DNA of 62,366 bases, the filler included, from Basidiobolus ranarum (taxonomy: Eukaryota), in the NCBI GenBank assembly GCA_040143965.1. It is 12 parts of 12 records of this genome, joined end to end, with 100 filler letters (N's around TTAATTAATTAA, not from the genome) between each part and the next. Parts side by side here need not be neighbours in the genome. Positions count along the whole stretch, not along the records: positions 1 to 5,116 come from JASJQH010008583.1; positions 5,217 to 10,332 come from JASJQH010008584.1; 10 more parts are not named here. The stretch is one strand, 5' to 3'. The notes under the pieces were generated by a model. The model saw nothing but the letters and a program-made list of their open reading frames with translations. It ran no database searches and was not told where the DNA came from. This document shows, piece after piece, positions 1-10,432 of the stretch (positions are counted from its first letter, which is position 1; each line of letters starts with the position of its first letter). The position numbers and the translations under genes are program-made.

Positions 1-233
1 ATTTTTACCAACTTAGAAGTTCTTTGATATATAGATTTTTCAAACTTGTGCTAGAAGCCCCAAACTTTGCACACATGTTCCTGGGACCTTCCTTAACATA
101 TTCTACATGTTTGTTTGTTTACATCTTGACAAAACTATAAATGTCAACTATCTACTCAATAAATCAATATGTGAAAACCACCAATTCCTCAATTCTCCAA
201 ACCACTTCCAACAGGCTCCCAAATACTTTAACA
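1..233 (+). repeat. Copia family A LTR, 3' part
   Basis: Matches the ~350-bp repeat seen at 1349-1607, 4135-4529, 11307-11653 and elsewhere; ends ...CTCCCAAATACTTTAACA. Confidence 0.85.
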
Positions 234-239
234 CATTTA

Positions 240-624
240 TCCCATTTTAGAGCAAGAGTAGCACATAGCTTTGATTTCCAAAAGAGGTATAGCATTATAG
301 CAGGAAAGTATAAAAGAAAATCATTTTGTGGGCCTCAATCAAAATTCGGCAAAGAAGTCAAAATCTTGAGTAATTTTGAATACATTCATATGCAAAGATA
401 ACCAATAAGAGCACTGGACCTCAGACACTTTCAATAGAGCTTTCATCATCTTTTGAATGTGCAATAATGTCCAATAGCACTTCTTTTAAATATACCACAT
501 AAGCAATACATCTATTTCTAGAATGGAAAAAAAATAATGTGCCAGATAGTGCCCAATTGTGCCAATTTGTGCTGGCATACTTTTTAGCTGGTCTGGTCTG
601 GCTCAATAAAATAGAACAAATCTA
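240..624 (-). mobile_element. Putative DNA-transposon end (possibly hAT-like), copy 1
   Basis: Inverted, diverged homolog of 4712-5116; similarity stops sharply at TAG(G/A)(C/T)TTGTTCTATTTTATTGAGCCAGA...GCTAAAAAGTATGCCAGCAC. Confidence 0.5.
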
Positions 625-629
625 CTGAA

Positions 630-878
630 TATTGGCATAGGTTCAGTATATCCTCTATATGCCTGTAATAAAGAGTCTCATATCCAATTACAAAATCTTT
701 GCACAGTTGCTGTATCTATCTGAGATCTGCAAATGTGAGTTGATGCCATAAGAATAGATTAATAATATCCACAAACAACTCCCCATGTGGCCAATACCTA
801 TCAGGTACAAATCTTGCCAAGATTTCACTAGAATATATACTAATCCAAATCATTTACTCTATGAATTTGAATAACACC
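630..878 (-). pseudogene. CACTA/EnSpm (Tnp2-type) transposase C-terminal remnant
   Basis: Translates FKFIE*MIWISIYSSEILARFVPDRYWPHGELFVDIINLFLWHQLTFADLR*IQQLCKDFVIGYETLYYRH, matching the FKAxEWxxWxxxYS...FVxxYExLYY pattern of fungal Tnp2; homologous to 22880-22980. Confidence 0.65.
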
Positions 879-879
879 T

Positions 880-1105
880 TGTTGAGATTCTGATCTTGGC
901 CTACTCATACTCGAATTTGTTTGTTGTTAGATTTCAATGTCATATCAACTGAGCCATCTGTTTTTAGCTATCATGTATTAGTTCATCCAGGTTATAATGT
1001 ATGGAAGGTATGTCCTTTAGAATATTCCTTGAAATCTCACCAAGGACATCATTTGATGAATAGTATTTTTCCGCCAAGACCTTCCATGGAAGATAATCAT
1101 TTACT
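880..1105 (+). repeat. LTR family B, old partial copy
   Basis: Diverged match to the first ~230 bp of 35772-36301 (GATTCTGATCTTGGC...GCCAAGACCTTCCATGGAAG). Confidence 0.6.
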
Positions 1106-1348
1106 AACTCTCTGCCATCACTGAATCTATTGCCTCAGAATTGTCAGGAGGTTCTCATAGAACAAACAATAATACATTTATCAAACTGCTACAACAGCCT
1201 GCAAAAAGATAGGCAAACAAAAGCTTATCATCATTTGAAAAGCCATTGAAGCAAACAATACTGAAAAGCAGGGATAGGGTTGAAGTTTCTGATGATGAGT
1301 GAGCAGATACCAAGGCAGCTGTCAGCAATCTAGCCAGTTTTATTCATT

Positions 1349-2006
1349 ATTCTGAATTGAAATTTCTATAAAATATTTTTACAAACTTGGAAGTTCTCAG
1401 ATATTTAAATTTTTCAAAGTTGTGCTGGAAGCCCCATACTTTGCACACATGGTCCTGAAACCTTATTTTAAACATTGTATATGTTTTTTGTCTACATCTT
1501 GACAGAACTACAAATGTCAAATTTCTACTCAATAAACCAATGAGTGAAAATGATCAATTTCTCAAATTTTCCAAACCACTTCTAAAAGACTCCCAAATAC
1601 TTAAACAGGTTATGAGCCTGAAAGTTCCACTCTCTGTAATATTTACTTCTCAAATTTATGGAACTTTTCCCTCTTCTGAAAAATTGGATGGAATCAATCA
1701 TTAAGTTTGGAAAATTAAAATGAAAATTCTGCTGCAAGAAGGAGGACTTTGGGACACTGTATTAGGAGAAAAAACAATGCAAAGCTATCTGAAACCAAAG
1801 TTTTACCCCAGATTAAAAATGAATACAGGACCTTAACACAATTTGTCTCAACATTAAATACAAAATGCAAATTCAATATTCAAGAGCTAAAATTACTAAG
1901 AGGGTATGAAAAGCATTGAAAGACACCTACCAATCAAGTTTTGCTGCCAAAAAGATATTTCTCACAAGACAATTCTTAAACTTAAAGAAGAAGAACAGAG
2001 AAGACA
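1349..2006 (+). mobile_element. Ty1/copia family A: 5' LTR, PBS (1608-1619) and decayed gag start
   Basis: LTR ends TTAAACA, then GGTTATGAGCCT, then a decayed FPSSEKLDGINH*VWKIKMKILLQEGGLWDTV (copia gag N-terminus). Confidence 0.85.
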
Positions 2007-4130
2007 TACTCTAACAGAAATTTGAAGAGTGTTATTGTAGAAAAATCACACAATTTTAAACCATTTTGAATTGACTATGTACTTACCATTATGAAATCAT
2101 CAAGTTAGATTAGATTTTAATCAAATTTTTAAGTTTCAGGAGTGAAATTTGGATATCTTGCAAATAGTTGCACATGCTTGGCTACAATATCAGAGAACTA
2201 AGGATCAATACATATGCAAAAAATGTAACTCAAATTTTACACATTTACAACTTGAATGCTAATTTGTAACATTCAAAATCCCTTGTTTCTTTGATATATT
2301 CTCCTGAATATTTTTATAGAGTTCTTCATACCCAAGTTTAGCTCATATCTAACATGAGTTTGTATCAATATCTCCATCAAAGGCCACCATTGTATCAAAG
2401 TTGCTGAATCAACATTCTTCCAATTTTCTGGTGAATATCCTTGAATATTGTGCCACTCTGTATTACAATCTTCCCAGATTGCTGCATGGTCAACACCAGA
2501 CTGAATGTCAAGTTGAATGTTCTTCTTCTGAAGCCACTTTTGCATACTTGCACTGTGTGGTTCCCTTCATACTTTTGAGAAAATACCTCTAAAGCACTTT
2601 GACTATTATACACATCCTTGTAGTGTGACACTACTGAGGGTGCTTTGCGGTGTTTGTGCAGCTTTTTGCTTGCTTTTAAGTTTGGGGCTATTTTCAACAC
2701 TTTGAAAAGTACCAGTTGAGTTTGGAGAGCCATGAGCTTCATTTGCTGGTGTGTCAGCTTACTGAGTGGTGCCACGTATTGGATAAACTTACAAATTTAG
2801 CCCTCCTCCAACTGGTGTACCTGGTTCCATGGTGAAGTTAAGCTATTTAGCAAGTGTATCTGACTCTGAAAATACAGATCTTTGTCATGGTGCAAGGAAT
2901 TGCGTAATTGGGACAGTAGAGCTTAAACTCACTGGCTCCTTTGCTTTTCACTTGGTTTACTAACTACCTGATCCTTGAGTACTTCTTTAGCTGCTTTTCT
3001 TTGTTTTCCTAGTTGATAATTGTGCACCTTTTTGAGATGTTTCATCAATACACCTATGCTAGCCCAGGTGTTCATTGGTTTTCTTACACTTTTGCCACAG
3101 TTGATTGGCAACTGTTGCTGGCCACAGACCTGGCATAAGTGGAAAACACTTGTCAATTGCATGACTTATAATCTTTGAGTAATTAAACTACCTTCATGTC
3201 CAAATGGTAGTTTGGCTTTCACCAGTGATCCAACAAACCTGAAGTTATGTATTGTTTGCACACAATTAGCAATCACTGACTCAGGTAAGTATTATCCAAA
3301 ATGCTTCCAAATCCCCTAATAATATATACCAAATATTGAGCATTGATCCAGTTCCCAAGTACTCATTGTACTACTGAAGCTTTTGCCTATATACAGGATG
3401 GATTTCACTACTAGATTCCAAAAAGTCAGTTTTTCTTTCAAACACATTTAATCATGCATTTGCATTGACTCTGGAAGGTTTCTAACTGATCAAATATGCC
3501 ATTGGAAAGGCTTACAGGCCAATAATCTAATTTTCATAAGACTCCCTCCTTCTGAATGATAAAAGAGTTGAAATATTTTGATACTATCCATCTTTATGGA
3601 CCTGAATCATCAGAGATTATAAAAACCTCTTTGGAGCCTTTAATTTCAGAATTTAAATCAATATCCAATTGGGTTCAGAGGGGAGAGTATTCTTTCATTG
3701 CAAATATCATTGTACACACTAGTAACACATCTGTTATTATTTAGCTTGGAGGTTTTTGTGGGCACAATGTACTATTTTGCTGTAGATTCTGTAATATTGT
3801 TTGAATTAGCTCTATCAAGCATACACATACTACTAACCAAATATTAAACTAAACTTATTGAGTTTACTGTTGAGAGCCTTGTCAGATCTCAACATGCTCA
3901 TTGATATCTATTCACTAAATAGTCAGTCTAACATCAAACTTGGGATTTGTCATATGGCCAAGATTACATTGTAAGGGGATAAGCTAGATCCAGAGACTCC
4001 CTTTAAAAACTGCACACCTACTCTTTAACAACATTCCACTTCTACTTATTTAACTACATTGGGGAAAATTCAATCTGAATGAGCCATACACAATATGATC
4101 AATGTTTGAATCAATTGAGAAAGTGCCTGA
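2007..4130. mobile_element. Decayed CACTA/EnSpm-like element: terminus, accessory ORF remnant (minus, ~2273-3162) and Tnp2 remnant (plus, ~3330-4040)
   Basis: Interrupts copia gag at TACTCTAACAGAAATTT; 2015-2575 is homologous to 23750-24310; 3330-4040 is homologous to the Tnp2 remnant at 22990-23730 (GP..S...SLEPLISEFKSI, LGGFCGHN..FCCRFC). Confidence 0.6.
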
Positions 4131-4134
4131 GAAT

Positions 4135-4705
4135 TGATCAAGTATTTGAGAGCCTGTTAGAAGTGGTTTGAACAAAAGAGATATTGATGTTTTTTGCTGG
4201 TTGCCTTATTGAGTAGAAAGTGGACACATAAATTGATTCCTTTCACTTAATATTTCCTTAAGTTCAAAGTGGCAATACATACTTTTGTCAACATCTAAGC
4301 AAGCAATTGTGTGGAATTTGTTAAGGAAGGTCCCAGCAACATGTGGGCCAAGTTTGGGGCTTTTAGCTCAAATTTGAAAACTCTAGGTATCTGAGAACTT
4401 CCAGGTTAGTAAAAATACTGGAAGTAAATCCCATTGAGAATAATGGATAGTATCTTAGTGAAATATAAGAAAACTAAGTACTGAGCTATATATTACTATT
4501 TAGAAGTTCAGGAAATGCTAATTTCAACACTTTCCCTCAACTAAATGACATATGATTGAATTGTAAGGAAGGTCTAAATTTCTCAAATTTCTGTCTAGCC
4601 AAGAGTTTGGTTACTATATTGGAAATCATATCTTTGTTAGAAAAGCAAGTCATGTCAATACATTCATTTACTATAGTCTCTCTAATAAAACAATGCCTAA
4701 GGTCT
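4135..4705 (-). mobile_element. Copia family A 3' end: RNase H tail, PPT and 3' LTR (4135-4529)
   Basis: Minus strand reads RHCFIRETIVNECIDMTCFSNKDMISNIVTKLLARQKFEKFR, then purine tract AGTTGAGGGAAAG, then TGTTGAAATTAGCATT (LTR start). Confidence 0.8.
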
Positions 4706-4711
4706 ATATAT

Positions 4712-5116
4712 TAGGCTTGTTCTATTTTATTGAGCCAGATCAGGCCAGCTAAAAAGTATGCCAGCACAAATTTGCTTGAATGGGTACTATCCAGCACAGT
4801 ATATGGAACTATTAGGTATAATGCTATTTACCATTTGAGACACAATAGTTTTACTTATATGTATAATTAGGAAGAGTACTTTTAGAGATTATTGGAAATT
4901 CAAAAGATGATGAAAGCTTTATTCATAGTGTCTTAAGTCTAGAGCTCTCAATGGACATCTTGGAGTACAAATGTATTGAGAATTAATCAAAATTTTGACT
5001 ACTTTGCCTAACTTTGATTGAGCACCACAAAGTGATTTTCCTCTAAACTTCCCTGCTACAATGCTATATCTCTTTAGGAATCTAAAGCTATGTTCTACTC
5101 TTGCTCTAAAATAGGA
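4712..5116 (+). mobile_element. Putative DNA-transposon end (possibly hAT-like), copy 2
   Basis: Starts TAGGCTTGTTCTATTTTATTGAGCCAGATCAGGCCAGC; homologous to the reverse complement of 240-624; interrupts the copia RNase H remnant. Confidence 0.5.
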
Positions 5117-5216
5117 NNNNNNNNNNNNNNNNNNNNNNNNNNNNNNNNNNNNNNNNNNNNTTAATTAATTAANNNNNNNNNNNNNNNNNNNNNNNNNNNN
5201 NNNNNNNNNNNNNNNN
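5117..5216. other. Artificial contig-joining linker (first of 11)
   Basis: N44-TTAATTAATTAA-N44 (stops in all six frames) recurs at 5117, 10333, 15547, 20759, 25969, 31177, 36383, 41586, 46787, 51983 and 57178; the intervening segments never increase in length (5116, 5116, 5114, 5112, 5110, 5108, 5106, 5103, 5101, 5096, 5095, 5089). Confidence 0.98.
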
Positions 5217-5573
5217 GACGATGGTGAGATTTTTGAAGGTCACACCCATATGATGTCTACGAATGCCATTCTGGTCAGCAGCACGTACACCAGATTCCAA
5301 ATAGTCTTGGAAACTGAATTCTTCTTCCTGTTGAGGGCCCTTTTCAGGATCATTAGGATACATTGATTGTTTTGATTGAATTTCCTTCAGAGAATGCTTC
5401 GTGGAAGCTCTCGATATCCGCCGCTCAAGGTCGCGAAACATCTCAGTATTGCGCTCTACGTCAATACTTTCATCAGATGTGTTTATGTATGTACTATTAT
5501 CATCTTCACCTAAAGCGTAAGATTCTACATTTTCGGGACTTGTGTTAGGCAACTCATCATATTGTTGTGCCAT
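5217..5573 (-). CDS. PDR/ABCG transporter N-terminus (cut by contig end)
   Basis: EEEFSFQDYL...NGIRRHHMGVTFKNLTIV is the ABC_trans_N motif of fungal PDR transporters; a TATA-like element lies upstream near 5665. Confidence 0.85.
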
Positions 5574-6779
5574 GTCTCTCGGATAGCTCTATTATTGTTT
5601 GAGTTCTTTAGACTCAGTCTTTAGAGGCAATGGAATGTCTCCCACAATTTCATTGGGTCTTTTATATAAGATAAAAAAAGAAAAATCAATAGATATTACT
5701 GACGATCTCCGCAATAGGTAAGAAATCTCACACTGTACCAATCGGCTGCCAGTGTCTAATCTATCCACTTAACCAGGAAGGAGTATTAACATATATGGGA
5801 TAATTCCCGGGATTCATTACTACTATGGAGCTTCATAAATACATACCCCTAACCCTAGCATGTAGTTCTCATCAGCATGCAAGATGCTTCTCGCCAAGTC
5901 AACGCTAATTGTATCCTACTAGTCAACGCTAGCCTAATCCCACTGGTGTTCCCTCATCGCTTGTTTGTTGTTTGTTATGTTGATCATCATTTGGTGTCGT
6001 TCAGGTGTAACCCAGAAATTCATTTAGGCGCGAAAGTTCCTCGAAAGTGCTACAAACAAGTTGTAGGCTACTTTAAGTCAGGTCCGCAGCTCTTATTAGC
6101 AACGACCGATAAGCATTGATCTGTGATTAGATTTATGCTATGACCGCTCTCAAGTATGTTCCATTTAGAGTAGTTTTACTAGCATATTGACGCTATCGAT
6201 ACTATGCTCAGGTATCATATTCTGTTATCATGACCTAAATAGTACAATAAGCCATCAAGTTAGAGAGACACCCGCTATGTAGGACTAATTTCATCAGTTA
6301 TCGGGCCTTTGGGTTAAATTGGTATTGATCGATGTTAAAGAGGGTTGGCTAAGTTGATTTTTTTCACTAGCATGTGAAAATTCATATGCCCAAGTTTACT
6401 CTGACTACGGATTCACTTTTACGATTTGTAATAGGGGCTGCGGATTCGTTTTTCGCCATAGTCTTGCTGACTGCTTATTGAAGTAAACTGGTAGCTAATA
6501 TAGTACGTGGATATAAATAACTGAAGGAACTTTTAACGCATGAGGTTTGAGTTAATTGTCTTTTAGGATATAGGCTTTCTTCATAATACATTTGACCCTG
6601 ATTTTATCTTTCAAATATCACCATCTATCATTGGATGCAAAGTTTAGCAAATAGTCTAAAGCTCCACTATTAAATGTAGATCAGAAGCTATAATCATTGT
6701 TTCTGAATGCGCGAGTCTAGAATAGGTGTAAGCAGCAATTACCATCCCATATTATGGAGCAGTATCTCATGCAATTTTG

Positions 6780-7200
6780 ACTATTGGGACAAATAAAGAT
6801 AAAATAGAAACTAAAGAGATGCTTAAGAAAGAAGCAGATCATAATATCTTAGTTATGGTAAATATTGAAAAAGACTTTGAGGAGTCAAAATATACCAGAT
6901 GGTGTTATCTTTATTTAGATAATAACAGACTTAAACAAAGAAGCCATTACAAGCTAGCTAAACTCCTCCTTAAGATATCTAATTCTTTGTTTTGTTCTGA
7001 TATAAGCAATAATTCATTTGCATATAGCTGCTGAAAACTAAGCCCTATGCCCAGAGGGGCGGCAGTAAGGATAAATACATCAAGGGATGGTTTCATACAA
7101 TGGGTTATAGGAAGTGACATGAGGCAAATTTTTGAGAAAAGATAGGTTAATACTACAAAAGCTATCCATTGATCCACGAGATGCTCAGGATTAGATTTTT
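6780..7200 (-). pseudogene. Degenerate Ty3/gypsy pol (RNase H region) remnant
   Basis: QWIAFVVLTYLFSKI...PSLDVFILTAAPLGIGLSFQQ...KSFSIFT resembles QxAFxxLK...PDxxxxFILxTDASxxGIGAVLxQ...FxIxTDH; region is CpG-poor. Confidence 0.45.
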
Positions 7201-8455
7201 AGATACTTTATTGAGCATTCTAAAATAATTGTGCCACAGGAAAGGATATTTGGGAGAGGGTGCAAGGGTTAGGGTTAGGTTTTTAGTAACTTTATTGAGC
7301 ATCACTGATATAAAGTGTGCTACCACATGTGCTAGGCTGCTCCCTTGGTAAGAGTGCAAAATCATTGTGATTTGATGAGTCAAGATGCCTTAGTGGCATT
7401 CTGGTGAGAGTGCCAATGATAAGAACATACTTAGGATTAAGGTTTGATAGTTTACCCAAACATTCATCTAAAAAAACTTATTCATGCTGACATGACTAGC
7501 TAGAATATCACTTTGGGTAAATATGCAAAGATGCGGCCCCGTGGATTTCCGTTATATTGCTGTAACACTTTTATTGTTTATTTATGTTGTCAATTAATTT
7601 GATTCTATTTCTATACTTTAAAACCAACTCTATTTTGAATGCAGCAGCAATGCCACTTTCTCTAGAATCAGATGCAGCGTTGAAATATCCACTGAGTAGT
7701 CTGGCAACTGCTTGGACAGCACACTGTGTGGTAGCCAATCTGATAACGTTGTGTCCTCGTGCTTCCAAAGATTTAATGTAATGTTCAGCGTATAGTGGCT
7801 CTAGAATCACTTCATCTGGCATTATTTAATGATGAGCATGAGGAGCCGCACTATACTATAAGCCTGTATTATAGAAAACATTTAAATTCATCACACTTTA
7901 TTATGTTTGAAAGAATAAATCGTAGTCCTCTCGGGTATAATAGTATTCAGTTCAGGAATATGACTGTTTGTGGCCTTGAATTCAACACCCTTCGATCGCA
8001 TGGTGAAACATAGTGAGTTGATATGTATACTAAAATATAAATTGGGTGAAACAGAAGCAGTAAGCAATACGTTGTAGCAAAGTTGAAGAGCTGGCGCTGG
8101 GGAAAATTGCTCTAACTTAATAGTAGTTGAAATTGGATTAGCAGGAATAAACACGCATTATCTAACATTGGTGTTCAATTGCTGACTGAGCGACTTTGGC
8201 CAAGAATGAAAAATTGATCAGATATTTCTATGGAACTCACAAAGTACCAATCGTGCTGATTGATGACATAAACTCAGTGGCTATGTCACTGGAATATACG
8301 TAACGTTTGAAGTGATGGTCACTTTGCATGAAATCTTGAGGGCTTCTTAGATGGCTATAAATTTGGAAAGAAGTTGTTGAAGAAAAAGTATTAATCTGGA
8401 ATATCAAACGATATCACGTAATCCAACTTCTTTAAATTAAATCATAAACATAACC

Positions 8456-8977
8456 ATGAGATTCACTCTTGTAACTGTCGCTTTAGTTACCTGTATGGCT
8501 CCAGTTTACCAAGCTTCCATCAGTTTAGATGGGAGATGTGGCAATGGGGTTGATTGCCCAACTGGAACATGTTGCTCCACCTGGGGCTTCTGTGGTACTG
8601 GATCTTCTTACTGCGGTGGTAGCGGAAATACCGGAGCTAACGGCAATAACAACAACAATAGTGGTGGAAGCAGTGACAATGACACTGGTAATGGTGGTGG
8701 TAGCAGTGATGGCAACGGAAGTAATGATAGCCAAACACCACATAGCGAGCCCAACCCCAATAATTCTCAACCAAATCCAGTACCAACCCAACAAGGTGGT
8801 GATGGGAATAACGCTGGAAGTACACCACAGCAACCGATGGCAACGACTCCAGTAGTTGCCAATCCGGAACCAACTCCAAGCAATAACAACAAACCAAATG
8901 GAGGGGAATCACTTTTCAATTCGCTCACACTACTGAGTGGAGTAGCAATTGTCTATACCGGATATTGGAATTATTAA
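8456..8977 (+). CDS. Secreted hevein-like chitin-binding (CBM18) protein, probably GPI-anchored
   Basis: Signal peptide; GRCGNGVDCPTGTCCSTWGFCGTGSSYC; G/N/S- and P/T-rich stalk; hydrophobic C-terminus. Confidence 0.88.
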   Translation: MRFTLVTVALVTCMAPVYQASISLDGRCGNGVDCPTGTCCSTWGFCGTGSSYCGGSGNTGANGNNNNNSGGSSDNDTGNGGGSSDGNGSNDSQTPHSEPNPNNSQPNPVPTQQGGDGNNAGSTPQQPMATTPVVANPEPTPSNNNKPNGGESLFNSLTLLSGVAIVYTGYWNY

Positions 8978-9539
8978 CTCGAAATGACACTAAGCCTATA
9001 ATCGAACATCATCAAAGTGACACTTTTAAGGAAATTAATAAATCGCTCACTTTATCTACATAGTTTCTACTCCTTTGAGAATCATTTCATTGGTAGGTAA
9101 ATTTTATACAATTGCAGATTTACCTCTCTATAATGCATAATGCAAATTATTCAGTTTGTCTTTATTATTTATTGCATGCCAAAAATAACTTAGCATTGAC
9201 TAGGCTATTTGATTAACGCGTAGTGCAAAACAAGTCATCAGAATAACCATACACTGTGCAAGAGCCTTAGTAGAATGTAACTAACTGATCGAATAACTGT
9301 CAGGAAACAATCCGGACAGTCGTTGAATGATTAAATCCGGAGTAAACACGATTGTTTCATGCATAGCCTACTACTATAATGGAGAATACACATATGACCT
9401 CGTTGATAATATTACCTGATTGAATAGTGTACTTCCATTGCTAGAGTCCGCTTTGCTACATTTATCGAGATTAATTAAGCACTGCTGCTAAATAATAGAA
9501 GGTTGGGTGTTTTAGCTCAGTCAAAACATCTTTAGTAGC

Positions 9540-10332
9540 AGCTGAAGTTAAAGTGGTGTAAACTTGTTGTGGAGTGGACACCTGTCCCTCAGCCAAAAGT
9601 TATGCTGCAAATCAGCAACATGAGGACTAGCCATACTAGTTCTAGAGAGCTTTTTGCTAGCATAGGGTTAGGGGGAGACAGTCACCAACAGGTAAAATCT
9701 TTATTTCAAACAAAACAAAGAAGCCATAACTACTTTTGTAGTTTCTTAATAAAAGTGTGAAGTTCTAGAGTATTGGTGTGAATATTGCAAAGCAGAAAAG
9801 TTAAGTCAGTTGAGTCTAAGACACTATTGAGTGGAGTGAGAGGGAGTAATAAAGGTAAAAATGGTTTGTTAACAATATAAATTAGTGGGATGAGGCTAGT
9901 ATTAACATAAAGCATAAAGGGAGTGTGTTTCTGAAGATATTGCAGCCAAAGGTCCACCAAGTATTCCTTGTTGGCAATGGAGGGCTTCTCAGCCTGTTCT
10001 ATGAAGGAAGCAAATTTCCTGACTTCAGGATCTCCTAGCAGTATTCTCCAGCAGGAAGAAAGATCAAAGAAGTGGGAACCTCTTCAGGATATAATCAGAG
10101 GATTCTGACTCTTGCAAATCCTGAAGAACAATCTAGTCTGCAGGTACAATATTCTAAGCCTATATAGAAGTAATCCAAAGGCACCAAGAATGGCATGTCT
10201 GTAAGGGCACTCAGGCAAATGAGGGTTAGGGGGATGAAAAGCACCAGATGGTGTGGACTTTATTTAGCTTAAATACTAATCTAACCAAAGTGACAATCAA
10301 GACATCAATCTTTTAAGATATTGTGACAATAC
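9540..10332. repeat. Unclassified CpG-free segment, probably a decayed mobile element
   Basis: CpG is abruptly lost relative to 9000-9480; no recognisable protein; TTGTGACA near the contig end. Confidence 0.35.
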
Positions 10333-10432
10333 NNNNNNNNNNNNNNNNNNNNNNNNNNNNNNNNNNNNNNNNNNNNTTAATTAATTAANNNNNNNNNNNN
10401 NNNNNNNNNNNNNNNNNNNNNNNNNNNNNNNN

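Noticed and set aside
141-401. Short ORFs over LTRs (141, 1347, 11177, 11836, 50503, 51215, 51324, 53309, 53397)
   Set aside because: They are translations of LTR DNA; their mutual similarity reflects the repeat, not a protein family.
7265-7280. TTAGGG telomere-like motifs (also near 5847, 9664, 10222, 53853)
   Set aside because: Only one to two and a half units each; compatible with chance.
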